A DNA stretch of 64,000 bases from a virus. Lineage: Duplodnaviria; Heunggongvirae; Uroviricota; Caudoviricetes. The stretch is from the IMG/VR virus record IMGVR_UViG_2740892441_000001; one strand, given 5' to 3'. Under the pieces are notes generated by a model. It ran no database searches. It had not been told where the DNA came from and saw only the letters and a list, made by a program, of their open reading frames with translations. The translations under genes were made by a program, and so were the position numbers. Positions 40,195-49,659 of the stretch are shown here, piece after piece. How positions within the stretch are numbered: the stretch's first letter is position 1; each line of letters begins with the position of its first letter.

Positions 40195-41754
40195 ATGACT
40201 GTTCGGATTGTATCTAACGCAGTAAATGCGCTTATTTCTGGCGCAGATGACAAGGTAAAGCAACTGGTGCAACAGATGTTGAGCTACGAAGTCGAGACTG
40301 GCGACTGGAAAGGCACAAGCACGATGTTCAACTGGAGTAAAAACTCGTTCCCTGCTGGCTTTGCCAAGCCTGTAGCGGCGAACTTGAACAAGGCGGGCAT
40401 CAAATGTGTTCATATCCGCAAAGACAAAGCCCCGGCGCTTGGAAAGCCAAATCCGGCGGTTAACCCATTCCCATACAATCCTGATTATGCGTATCAGGAT
40501 CAGACTGTGGAAACGCTAGTTCGCGAGGGAATGATGATTGCGCAGATCGCTACTGGTGGCGGAAAATCTAATGTTGCCTGCAAAGCAGCTGCACGTATCG
40601 GTCGAATGACATTATTTTTAACAACCCGCTCTGTTCTGATGTTTCAGATGGCCGAAAACTTCCAGAGATCCATCGACTACCGCGCCGAAAATGGCGAACC
40701 GTGGTTAAAAGACCAAAAGGTTGGAGTAATTGGCTCGGGTGAGTTCCAGGTATCGCGACATATCAACGTTGCTACAGTTCAAACTCTTGCAAGTTTCCTC
40801 GAAGAACCACCACGCGATGCAACACCAGATAAGAAAAGCTACCACCTCAAACGTCGGGAGTTGGTGAAACGCTTCCTTTCAAGTGTCTCTCTTCTTATTC
40901 TGGAAGAGGCGCATGAGTCTTCAGGCTCTAATTTCTATGACATTGCCAGATTATGTGCGAACGCAGACTATCGCCTGGCGCTTACGGCAACGCCGTTCAT
41001 GAAGGATTCTACGGAAGCCAACATGCGTCTGATGGCTGTGGCCGGGCGAATTGAAATAAAAGTCACGGAAAAGTACCTGATTGATAAAGGCATTCTGGCA
41101 AAGCCATACTTCCTTTATCATAAAGTTGCCTACAAACCGGACGAGGTCAGAATCAAGGCAGAACTTGCTAACAAACACCTCAATTTTAGAGTAGGTATGA
41201 GCACTGCCTACCAAAAGGCTTATCAGTTGGGGATCGTGTATAATTTGGGACGTAACGAGGCCATTGTGCGCGAAGCATTGCTCTATAAGCAACACTCTCT
41301 CAACTGCATGACTCTGGTTCGTCTTAAACGCCACGGGCAAATCCTGATGGAGATGATGAAGGAGTCCGGTCTTAGAGTTGACTTCATCTATGGGGAATCG
41401 AACCAGGCGACAAGGCAAGCAAAGCTGAACAGTTTAGCGTCTGGTGAAATAGATGTTTTAATAGGCTCGACTATTCTGGATGTCGGTGTTGATGTGCCAA
41501 GCGTTGGTGCGGTCATTCTTGCTGGTGGCGGGAAAGCAGAAGTTGAAATGAGACAACGTGTCGGTCGTGGCTTACGAGCCAAGAAGAATCAGGCAAACGT
41601 GTGTTTTATCACTGATTTCATTGACATTAGCAACAAATACCTGTTGTCTCACTCTTATGAGCGAAAACACATCATCGACACTACACCTGGCTTTGCAGAA
41701 GGTGTATTGCCTATTGATGGCGCATTCGATTTTGGAGTTCTGAAACGAGATTAG
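40195..41754 (+). CDS. superfamily 2 helicase (DEAH-type)
   Basis: 519-aa ORF; motif I ATGGGKSN, motif II LEEAHE, motif III LTATP, motif VI QRVGRGLR. Confidence 0.7.
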   Translation: MTVRIVSNAVNALISGADDKVKQLVQQMLSYEVETGDWKGTSTMFNWSKNSFPAGFAKPVAANLNKAGIKCVHIRKDKAPALGKPNPAVNPFPYNPDYAYQDQTVETLVREGMMIAQIATGGGKSNVACKAAARIGRMTLFLTTRSVLMFQMAENFQRSIDYRAENGEPWLKDQKVGVIGSGEFQVSRHINVATVQTLASFLEEPPRDATPDKKSYHLKRRELVKRFLSSVSLLILEEAHESSGSNFYDIARLCANADYRLALTATPFMKDSTEANMRLMAVAGRIEIKVTEKYLIDKGILAKPYFLYHKVAYKPDEVRIKAELANKHLNFRVGMSTAYQKAYQLGIVYNLGRNEAIVREALLYKQHSLNCMTLVRLKRHGQILMEMMKESGLRVDFIYGESNQATRQAKLNSLASGEIDVLIGSTILDVGVDVPSVGAVILAGGGKAEVEMRQRVGRGLRAKKNQANVCFITDFIDISNKYLLSHSYERKHIIDTTPGFAEGVLPIDGAFDFGVLKRD

Positions 41755-41756
41755 TT

Positions 41757-42035
41757 ATGAGCGAAAAGAAAACAACTTATTGTCAGGTAGCATTGACTGA
41801 TAAGGCCAATGACAAACTGGGAAAATTTCAAATGAAACTAAAAGAAAAAAACATCAAAATGTCCAAGGCTGAAGTTATCAATACCATTCTGGAGACGATG
41901 ACGATGGCTGAATTTGACAAGGTTTCATCTGCCGTTGGCGTCTCTGCTAAGGCTCGTGAAAAAATCATGCGCATCTATGAGAACTCTAATATGACAAAGG
42001 AAGACCTAGAACAAATTCTAAGCAAACTGCCATAA
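41757..42035 (+). CDS. hypothetical small protein
   Basis: 92-aa ORF coupled to helicase stop. Confidence 0.4.
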   Translation: MSEKKTTYCQVALTDKANDKLGKFQMKLKEKNIKMSKAEVINTILETMTMAEFDKVSSAVGVSAKAREKIMRIYENSNMTKEDLEQILSKLP

Positions 42036-42287
42036 CATTTCACATTCCCTCCATCCGCCAATTCCAAGATGTGCTTACTTGTAAAAGGAGCACATCAATT
42101 GATGTGGCAGAGAATGAATTTAATCAAGACAAACATTGAATGATTAATAGACTACGATAGTGTCCAACAGGGCATTCTCATGTGACATTTGTCACATTTT
42201 TAACCGCATAAGTCTCCGGCTGAAAAAAGTTCTTGATTGGCTGAATGATATTTGTAGGCTTATCAATGTTTAGAGCCGGAGGTGTGA

Positions 42288-42830
42288 ATGGGTGTACTTG
42301 ACATTGATAGTAATTACTTAAGTGCAAGGCGAATAAAGGAATGTGTTCATATCTATTGTAAATCAAAGCAGTCTTGTTTAGAAAAGCAGGCGTACCTAAC
42401 ATCTTCTCAAAAAGGAGAGCACAAACTCATCAAATATAAACTAAAGGCTTCGCGCAAAGATCGTTATGAGCACTATATATATGTAAAGGATATTGAAGGC
42501 ACCAAGACAAATTGCGGTATTATCTTTTATCCCTATGATATATCAAGACTGTTCTCCATTATGAAATCCTGTGTCGGCGTAGCTCCAGGTAAATTAGAGT
42601 TGCATTCAAACTTATACGATTACCCAAATGCTCAAAAACAGATAAACGATAGCACTTCGCCCTATGGATTTTCGTTTCTCTTTAAGAATCATCTCGCATT
42701 GAAAGATTTCATCGAAAAATACAATGAAGGAATAATATCAGGCGAATTAAATTTCAACAAAATCTGCGGAGATATAAAAAGGGACGACCTCTTAATAGAT
42801 ATTTACAATAGAATCCAAGTTAACGTGTAA
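42288..42830 (+). CDS. hypothetical protein (AT-rich island)
   Basis: 180-aa ORF, Lys/Ile/Asn-rich. Confidence 0.4.
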   Translation: MGVLDIDSNYLSARRIKECVHIYCKSKQSCLEKQAYLTSSQKGEHKLIKYKLKASRKDRYEHYIYVKDIEGTKTNCGIIFYPYDISRLFSIMKSCVGVAPGKLELHSNLYDYPNAQKQINDSTSPYGFSFLFKNHLALKDFIEKYNEGIISGELNFNKICGDIKRDDLLIDIYNRIQVNV

Positions 42831-42857
42831 CCATCCATTAATCATAGCCAGACAAAT

Positions 42858-43277
42858 ATGAAAGTAACAAACCTAATTATTCTGACACTAGCCACATCAC
42901 TAATTGGGTGTTCATCTTCATCTATATCTGTTTCAAAGGCAAAGTATGCGCCTCAAAGCAGAATATTTAAATATCAAACACCACATGAGTCTAGTCTAAC
43001 AATAGTTAGAGACAAAGGGCTGGTTGGTTCTGGATGTAACGCTTCCATATTCATCAATGGAGAAACGGCAGCAAAATTGGAACCTGGTGAAAAAGCAACT
43101 TTCTATCTTAATGAAGGAGATTGGATCGTTGGGACATCAATTGAAAGTTCAGGTCTTTGCGCATTTAACCCCTCTAGGATGGAGCGAGAAATAAAACTAA
43201 AGCAAGGCGACGCGAAAACATATCGGGTTTTCACTACCTGGGATGGTACAATGGATATATTGCCAACCACTTTATAA
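42858..43277 (+). CDS. lipoprotein
   Basis: 139-aa ORF; signal peptide with lipobox LIGC. Confidence 0.5.
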   Translation: MKVTNLIILTLATSLIGCSSSSISVSKAKYAPQSRIFKYQTPHESSLTIVRDKGLVGSGCNASIFINGETAAKLEPGEKATFYLNEGDWIVGTSIESSGLCAFNPSRMEREIKLKQGDAKTYRVFTTWDGTMDILPTTL

Positions 43278-43806
43278 TGATATGACGACGAAAGACATCA
43301 CCTACGGTGTGCCAGCAGAAGTCTGGCCTCGAGATTACACTAACGTTGAAAAACTACTGATGTTCTGGCGCAGAGAACAAATTCCTGTAAGGGCCACTCT
43401 AGAAGATGGCCAGGCGTTTTGCATGTACGTTTATGGCCTCATGCCATCTCGTAACAAAGTTGACCTTTGCCCAGCCCCTTTTGACAAAGAAAATCGTATA
43501 AGGCTCCCACTTGAACGCATTAGTACAATTGAATCAGGTGTGGTTGACAGTATCGCTCACGATTTCAAAGGTCGATTAACAGTTCACCCTGATTATGTCG
43601 ATAATCGGCCATCACGCCGCGATTTTTTTGCTATTTGCAACCAAGCCTATAAAGCAAACAAATCTATAAGGGTGTACATGGCGGATGGCCGTGAAATTGA
43701 GGGGGTGTCAGCAGGCGCAGATGCTTGTCAGGTTACACTACGTGTCGAGAACGGTAGAAAAATAGTTATTTTGTTCGATTGGGTTGAACGAATTTTGCCT
43801 TTTTGA
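43243..43806 (+). CDS. hypothetical protein
   Basis: 187-aa ORF; true start may be the internal Met about 40 nt downstream. Confidence 0.4.
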   Translation: MVQWIYCQPLYNDMTTKDITYGVPAEVWPRDYTNVEKLLMFWRREQIPVRATLEDGQAFCMYVYGLMPSRNKVDLCPAPFDKENRIRLPLERISTIESGVVDSIAHDFKGRLTVHPDYVDNRPSRRDFFAICNQAYKANKSIRVYMADGREIEGVSAGADACQVTLRVENGRKIVILFDWVERILPF

Positions 43807-43809
43807 GTT

Positions 43810-44118
43810 ATGAAATCGATATTGTTACCACCATTATTTTTACTTTGCTCAGTTGCAGCAAATGCAATGGACTATAAGCCTGTCATTCAGTCGCTGATGA
43901 ATGACGTGTGCTCAACGTCTCAGAATGTATCAGTTTGCATGTATCAATTTTCGGCAGCCGTAAAAGCAGGAAAAGCGATAGGTGAGAATGTGGAACTGTG
44001 TAAGAAAGTGGCAAATGAAGAACGAGCAATGTTGGATTGCGAATCTAGCGAGTCATCGGCACAGTTCGTTGATGCGCTATTTGACACCAATCGTAAGGCT
44101 GTAGAGTCTGTCCAATAA
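43810..44118 (+). CDS. small secreted protein
   Basis: 102-aa ORF; signal peptide ending AANA; four Cys. Confidence 0.45.
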   Translation: MKSILLPPLFLLCSVAANAMDYKPVIQSLMNDVCSTSQNVSVCMYQFSAAVKAGKAIGENVELCKKVANEERAMLDCESSESSAQFVDALFDTNRKAVESVQ

Positions 44119-44399
44119 ATCTATAAGGTTAATAACCGGCTAAGTCCGGTTATTATTTTTCACATCACTTCTTTATATCTATAAATCAAACAACCTAAAT
44201 ATATAAGGTCGAAAGCCGGAATCGATTATTTATTTAGGGAACACCTTCGACGATCTCGCTTTTATTTCTAGGACTTTCATCCCTGCAAAAAAATTTAAAA
44301 AAACACTTGCAATCTTTTTTCGCGTATCGATAATTGAACTCGTCGAAAGCGAAGATGCTAACGACAATAAATTTTAAATTTACATAAGGAAAAATTATC

Positions 44400-45050
44400 A
44401 TGGCTAACATTATCATTTCTAAAAAATCCATCATTGAAGCTGCTTCCATTGTATCCGACGAGCTGCGCGAAAAAGCAGATCTGGCAACTCAAACATATAA
44501 CGAACATTATAAAAATGGTACGCACACTAAAGCAGACAAAGCAAATATGCAAGCTGCGACCACTAAACTTGCTTACTTCATCAACAACGTTGTAAACGCT
44601 GTTGAAGACGAAAAATTATGCTCTGTTTTCTACTATGCGATTAAAGCAAGCAAACAAGCGCCAGAAGTATTTTTCCGTGATGCAATGACTAATAGTTATT
44701 CACTGGAAAAACTGGTTTATCTGGTTAAATCTATTAAAGCTGGTAAATGCGTTTATTCCGTCGCTGATATGTCAGGATCTCGTGTATTCGCTTTAATCGA
44801 TATGATTAACGACGAGATCGACACGTTCACCAATGGCGCTGTTTTCGATTTAATGAATGAAGCTAAAAAAGCGTGTGAGATTAAATTGGACGCTGGCTAT
44901 ACTCAAGCCAACCAGTTGATCAATCTTTGCGAACGTCTCGGACTTGTTGAAAAAGTCAAAGGAGCTGGGAGCGCAAAAGCTGGTACTCAGCAATATCGCT
45001 TTATCAAGAATGATTTCTACAATTATCTAGCTGATGCTTTCAAAGCGTAA
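44400..45050 (+). CDS. hypothetical protein
   Basis: 216-aa ORF with good SD (AAGGAAAAA); followed by hairpin. Confidence 0.45.
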   Translation: MANIIISKKSIIEAASIVSDELREKADLATQTYNEHYKNGTHTKADKANMQAATTKLAYFINNVVNAVEDEKLCSVFYYAIKASKQAPEVFFRDAMTNSYSLEKLVYLVKSIKAGKCVYSVADMSGSRVFALIDMINDEIDTFTNGAVFDLMNEAKKACEIKLDAGYTQANQLINLCERLGLVEKVKGAGSAKAGTQQYRFIKNDFYNYLADAFKA

Positions 45051-45097
45051 TTAATGGAATCAAGCGCCCACTATGGGCGCTTTAAAGGAGCTTTAAA

Positions 45098-45301
45098 ATG
45101 GTCAGCTATGACAAGATCCGCGCGGAATATCGCGCAAAGTATCGCGCTTACAAACTGGAATTAATCGATGATTTGATCGCGCAACGCGACCAATTAAATT
45201 TTACGTTTTCTGATTTGCTTAACAGCAAGCGAGATTGCAAGCGCAAACGTGAATATTTACGTTTAAGCGCATTAATCGGAAAACTTCAAAATTCTATTTA
45301 A
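45098..45301 (+). CDS. hypothetical small protein
   Basis: 67-aa ORF with SD AAAGGAG. Confidence 0.35.
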   Translation: MVSYDKIRAEYRAKYRAYKLELIDDLIAQRDQLNFTFSDLLNSKRDCKRKREYLRLSALIGKLQNSI

Positions 45302-45321
45302 TTTTTTTAAGGAGCTTAATC

Positions 45322-45549
45322 ATGTTTGTTCTTATCGCTGGCGTTAACGTCCACAATGAATATTGTGTTAATGATATTGCTGGGATCGCTGGTTACGCTG
45401 GATCTGTTGAGCTTATAGATGAAACGACGCGCAAAATTGACTTATTGAGCGACCAGGAGCGAAAAAAAGCAGACGTGAACGACGCTGATATATTTTTAAT
45501 GTTAAAAGCGTTTGTAGAAATGGGATTTGAAATCAGTTTACATAAATAA
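45322..45549 (+). CDS. hypothetical small protein
   Basis: 75-aa ORF with SD AAGGAG; followed by terminator. Confidence 0.35.
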   Translation: MFVLIAGVNVHNEYCVNDIAGIAGYAGSVELIDETTRKIDLLSDQERKKADVNDADIFLMLKAFVEMGFEISLHK

Positions 45550-45554
45550 AATCG

Positions 45555-45579
45555 AGCGCCCACTATGGGCGCTTTTTTC
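45555..45579 (+). terminator. rho-independent terminator
   Basis: Hairpin agcgcccactatgggcgct plus T6; same hairpin also at about 45063-45081. Confidence 0.6.
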
Positions 45580-45600
45580 GTTTCCAATACTCCCACCATA

Positions 45601-45627
45601 ACGCGCCATCATTGGCGCGTTTTTTAT
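45601..45627 (+). terminator. rho-independent terminator
   Basis: Hairpin acgcgccatcattggcgcgt plus T6. Confidence 0.55.
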
Positions 45628-45984
45628 TGTCTTTAACTCACTCCAACAACATAAAAATAAGCGCCAAAATAACGCCATAGACGCGATTTTATATCCTCGC
45701 CAGTACATACCCATTACTTAACACATTAACGCGCTTAAAACGCGTTATATTGCGCTATAGAGTATGGTTAATCGTTGGCTTTTAGTCTTGCTTTATGATC
45801 CGCGTTTATTTGTCGGCGCGGATCGGCATTTTGTTTTGTTCCGTATCCGCTCGCGTATTATGTGCGCGTGATTTTTCACATAATCACACCACTTAATCAC
45901 GTATGTGATTATGCTACGAAAGAAATCTGGATGTCTCAGGCGACGAAAGTCATCATAATTTTCCCCGCTCACCTGTCCGACAAC

Positions 45985-46160
45985 CGCTGGTTGGATTCAA
46001 CCAGCTTCCCGATGTTTTTTCTATATAAAGGCGAATGCAGCCGTTTCCCGAAAAAATCCTGGCCGTTTCCCGTCGGCTCATGAATGCGTTCCTCGCCGTT
46101 TCTGAAAATTTCCCTGCGGCAGCTGGTGGCTATAGAGAAAGGGCCGTTTCTGGCCCTCTT
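45985..46160. repeat. iteron-like array (GCCGTTTCC units)
   Basis: About five direct copies: cagccgtttcccgaaaa, ggccgtttcccgtcgg, cgccgtttctgaaaa, gggccgtttctggccc. Confidence 0.55.
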
Positions 46161-46165
46161 CTCAG

Positions 46166-46648
46166 TTACACGCCATCAAGGATGTGGATGCGGTTGCTTG
46201 CGTATACATTCAGCATAAAGTTAGCGCAAAACAGTTTCCATGTATCAACGCCAGCGGTATACGTAATGTTTTTGCATTTAATCGCATTGTTGGCGATCCG
46301 CATCCCCTGCGATACTGCTTCATCGTCGGAAAATTTGAACGACGATTGAGTTTTAATCCAGACAGAAATCTGCGTAGCGAACTCAATCAGCTTGGACTGG
46401 CAGAATCGCCCGGAGCGCACCGGAAAGACGAACGTTCCGAATCCAGAATTTACCACATACGCTTTCTCAAATACCCGCGAGTAACGACGATTGCCAATGA
46501 TGTCGCGTGCAATAATGCATTTTTCTTGTGCTGACAGTTCTACCGTCTCATTGTCGCGCCATGCACCAAGTACTCGTTTTTCAATGTCAGAGAACGTTAC
46601 AGCGATATTGCCATGTGCGGGTGCGTTTACAGTAGCGATAAAATTCAT
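46166..46648 (-). CDS. hypothetical protein
   Basis: 160-aa ORF preceded by conserved promoter-like motif. Confidence 0.45.
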   Translation of the reverse strand: MNFIATVNAPAHGNIAVTFSDIEKRVLGAWRDNETVELSAQEKCIIARDIIGNRRYSRVFEKAYVVNSGFGTFVFPVRSGRFCQSKLIEFATQISVWIKTQSSFKFSDDEAVSQGMRIANNAIKCKNITYTAGVDTWKLFCANFMLNVYASNRIHILDGV

Positions 46649-46669
46649 GATTATTTCCTTATCGTAAAT

Positions 46670-46702
46670 AACAAATTGTTTTCTTGTTGGTGTTAATTAT
46701 CG
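46670..46702 (-). promoter_or_regulatory. conserved early promoter/operator motif
   Basis: aacaaattgttttcttgttggtgttaattatcg, one of at least 9 near-identical copies upstream of minus-strand genes. Confidence 0.5.
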
Positions 46703-46735
46703 TTGTACGAATAAGGCGTCAAAGTGGAAAGTTGC

Positions 46736-46826
46736 GGTAGCCGGACGGGAACAGGTGGGTTTTTCGGTTGCCTGGAGGTAAGAGGTTGGTGTTTTTAGCC
46801 TGCGGGAAACAGGATGGTCATTTAAG
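46736..46826. repeat. three direct ~30-bp repeats
   Basis: tagccggacgggaacaggtgggttttt / ggttgcctggaggtaagaggttggtgttttt / agcctgcgggaaacaggatggtcattt. Confidence 0.45.
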
Positions 46827-46852
46827 GCCACCAATGCTGGTGGCCTTAGTCT

Positions 46853-47134
46853 TTAGTGGAGCAGACCGATGTCGATGGTATCCCCTGAATCCCCCACACG
46901 GATCATCAGCATGGCGAAGGCGTTTAGTGGATAACTGGCGTGCCATTCAGGGAAGCGGTCATCTCGCATGAAGTCGGCAATGTCGTAAACGCAGCCCTCA
47001 AAGTGGAAGAATCGCGTGCTTACCTGCTCGTCATATTCCACATGATCCATTTCTTGCTGTTCTGTTTCCGGCAAGTCCAGCCATGATTCAAGGAATACAT
47101 TTTGTGCTTTAGGGGTAATGGTGAAATCAGTCAT
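46853..47134 (-). CDS. hypothetical protein
   Basis: Start moved to MTDFTITPK (AGGA SD). Confidence 0.4.
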   Translation of the reverse strand: MTDFTITPKAQNVFLESWLDLPETEQQEMDHVEYDEQVSTRFFHFEGCVYDIADFMRDDRFPEWHASYPLNAFAMLMIRVGDSGDTIDIGLLH

Positions 47135-47154
47135 GAGCATATCCTCACTGCGTA

Positions 47155-47186
47155 AACATATTGTTTTCTTGTTGGTGTAATTATCG
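47155..47186 (-). promoter_or_regulatory. conserved early promoter/operator motif
   Basis: acatattgttttcttgttggtgtaattatcgc. Confidence 0.45.
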
Positions 47187-47326
47187 CAGTGTAGATAAGG
47201 CATAAAAGAAGTTAATACAGGCTGAATACACAAGAAAGGTTCTGGAAGTTGATAGCCAGGTTTCAAACTAACCTTCGGTTATTAAAAGTCATTTAAGACC
47301 ACCAATGCTGGTGGCCTTAATAATTA

Positions 47327-47862
47327 TCGCCCGATTACGCTAAGGATCTTTTCCTCAACTGATTTGTTGTTGCGACTAAACTGCCTTGCGTATCTGATGA
47401 CAGAAGAGGCGTTTTGCTTTCTGACCATCTCGGCTCTTTCCTTCAGGCGTTTCTTGAAATCGCCCATATTTACCACCAGGCGCAGAACGTCAGTCTGTTA
47501 TTGTGAAAGTCGTAATTATTAATCAGCTCTTCTACAAGTGCTTTCAACTCCCCCACGTCACGCCAGTAATCTTCGTCATAATCCATGCTGCCAAAGTAAA
47601 AACCTCCAGTCGGCTCGAACTCATCCTGAGTAGGCAGAAGGGCTTCGCAATTACTCTCGTTGAGACGAATCAGAGTAGCCTTTAGAGCGCAAAGATCATT
47701 CTTTGTAATTTCTAAAAATTTAAAACTATCAACTTTGCCTACGTTCCGATTCACCCACCCAACAAGCGCATTAAACTTATAAAAATAGCCTACTTCCTTT
47801 CTGGCTGCTTCGTTATTCAGATCGTTTTTTGGCTGCGTCTCGATATAGATATCAAGTCCCAT
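47327..47862 (-). pseudogene. hypothetical protein, frame interrupted near 47470-47500
   Basis: 130-aa ORF 47470-47862 is followed by a 47-codon ORF in another frame that stays open across the stop; one added base gives a continuous ~176-aa frame. Confidence 0.35.
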
Positions 47863-47947
47863 GATGGTTTCCTTATTAAGTATTAAGTTGCTTCAGTGAA
47901 AGCATTTTCACAAATCAGATAAGGCAGAAAACAAATTATTATCGGGC

Positions 47948-47977
47948 ATAAGAAAATGGCGCGGTTTACGCGCCATT
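47948..47977 (-). terminator. rho-independent terminator
   Basis: Hairpin aaatggcgcg..cgcgccattt followed by T-rich tract on minus strand. Confidence 0.5.
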
Positions 47978-47986
47978 TAAAGAGGA

Positions 47987-48382
47987 TTAAGCGAATACGC
48001 TTTCAGGGATTAAGGTATCAGCAGGAATGCCGGATGTAATACGCAGACCGTACTGGCCAATCCAGGTGGTGCTGGTGTTCAGGCTGGAGGCGAATACGGA
48101 ATTAACCATATTCATCATGGTTTCAAACACCTCTTCATCAACCTGGCGGAAGTAGTTCTCGATTTTCAGCAGCAGCGGGTCAGTTGCATCGAGAATGGAC
48201 TGGTATTGAGTCGCGTACTCGCCGCCGGAGGCATCACCTTTACGCACGATCGTACTGGCCTGTACTTCGGCACCAGTTTCGGTGTTGTACGTAACAACGG
48301 TGATTTTTGCCACATTCTTACCTTCGGCGGTTTCAGAGGCATAGTAAACATCAACTGTCAGTTTTTCGCGTTTAACGGTCAT
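47987..48382 (-). CDS. hypothetical protein
   Basis: Start moved to MTVKREK (GGAGAG SD). Confidence 0.45.
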   Translation of the reverse strand: MTVKREKLTVDVYYASETAEGKNVAKITVVTYNTETGAEVQASTIVRKGDASGGEYATQYQSILDATDPLLLKIENYFRQVDEEVFETMMNMVNSVFASSLNTSTTWIGQYGLRITSGIPADTLIPESVFA

Positions 48383-48442
48383 TTCACTCTCCGTAGTGTA
48401 TTGGTTATTTTTATATTCTATGATCGTAAGTATGTACTTACA

Positions 48443-48474
48443 AAACAAAAAAGCCCCGTAAGGATGGCGGGGCT
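48443..48474 (-). terminator. rho-independent terminator
   Basis: Hairpin agccccg..cggggct followed by T-run on minus strand. Confidence 0.55.
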
Positions 48475-48508
48475 GTCGTACTGTCGACTAATTACCACTT
48501 GCACATTA

Positions 48509-48820
48509 TCAGGCTATTGCCATCACTGATGCTCTCTGAATCTCTTGCTGGGCCACGCGGTTAACTTCCATCAAAGCCAGTTCGAGCTGATGTTCCGGCC
48601 ACATTCTTTGAAACGCCATCCAGCCTTTTCCACGCTGGCGGCGAACATTCATTACATAACGAGTAAAGGTGTTTTTATCGAAAGACACCGCTGTTTCACG
48701 GAACAGACGAATAGAGGTTCCATTGGCAACGATGTCCAGCAAAGTTAATTGAGCAACCAGCGCAGGCTTCTCTTTTCTCTTCTGGTCTTTGTCCAGACCA
48801 AGAACCAATGATTTTTTCAT
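48509..48820 (-). CDS. hypothetical protein
   Basis: Start moved to MKKSLVLG (GGAG SD). Confidence 0.4.
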   Translation of the reverse strand: MKKSLVLGLDKDQKRKEKPALVAQLTLLDIVANGTSIRLFRETAVSFDKNTFTRYVMNVRRQRGKGWMAFQRMWPEHQLELALMEVNRVAQQEIQRASVMAIA

Positions 48821-48832
48821 CACAACTCCGTA

Positions 48833-48870
48833 AACAACTTGTTTTCTCAATGGCGTAAATAATACCAGTA
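48833..48870 (-). promoter_or_regulatory. conserved early promoter/operator motif
   Basis: aacaacttgttttctcaatggcgtaaataatacc. Confidence 0.45.
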
Positions 48871-48973
48871 AGAAAACGGCTACAAAGCATATTGATCAGG
48901 TGCATGAGCGATATGCAGGTTCTTCCCTGCGGCTATAGAGAAATTAAGCCAGCAATGCTGGCTTTGGTTGGGG

Positions 48974-49303
48974 TTACTCGAATACTTCAAGAAACTCCTG
49001 AACGTCCCAATGCTGGACGAGGTGAAGATAGACCTTAGAAATCACGTCATTTTCGCTATCGCATGTGAAGTAGTACTTCTGGCTGCGGTTGTATGTGTCC
49101 ACACAAAATTCGCTCATATCCATAAAGTCAGCATCTTCACCCATGTCGCAAATCATCAAAGCAGGTGCGTCATCACGAGTCATCAGCTCAAGCACCCACC
49201 GCGAATTGATCAGAGTGGAAGACCAACCTTCTAACTCATAAAACTGATCAAACTCTTTTTGAGTTAATTTCTTGATTTGGTTGATGTCGATATTTGCAAA
49301 CAT
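48974..49303 (-). CDS. hypothetical acidic protein
   Basis: 109-aa ORF preceded by conserved motif at about 49317-49350. Confidence 0.45.
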   Translation of the reverse strand: MFANIDINQIKKLTQKEFDQFYELEGWSSTLINSRWVLELMTRDDAPALMICDMGEDADFMDMSEFCVDTYNRSQKYYFTCDSENDVISKVYLHLVQHWDVQEFLEVFE

Positions 49304-49659
49304 AAATCAATCCTTAAACAACATGTTTTCTTATTGGTGTTATTATCGCAATAACGCATAGGCGAAAAAGGATTTTATTCCGGTGAATGTGGTTTTGGCA
49401 GTGAGTTTTCAGGTTCAGTACCGAGTACACTTTTTACATTATTCTGATTTAGTAGCCGAAGGTGGCTGGTGGGCAGAATAATCATCTCCCCGAAAACCTA
49501 CTGAAATCGATTGTGACCCGCTGACTGTCTGGCACAATTACGCTGTAGTTGGGCATTCAGAGGGAATCCAGCGGTAAGTAAGTTCGCCTGCACGTGAGCG
49601 CCTCTCTTCTTCCCGCACATTACAGGTGGATAGCCGCAACTCTCCCTCTCGCTATACCG

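Noticed and set aside
40951-41418. 155-aa minus-strand ORF inside the helicase gene
   Set aside because: Antisense to a motif-rich helicase coding region.
46035-46349. 104-aa plus-strand ORF
   Set aside because: It overlaps the iteron array and the 3' end of the minus-strand gene 46166-46648; no SD.
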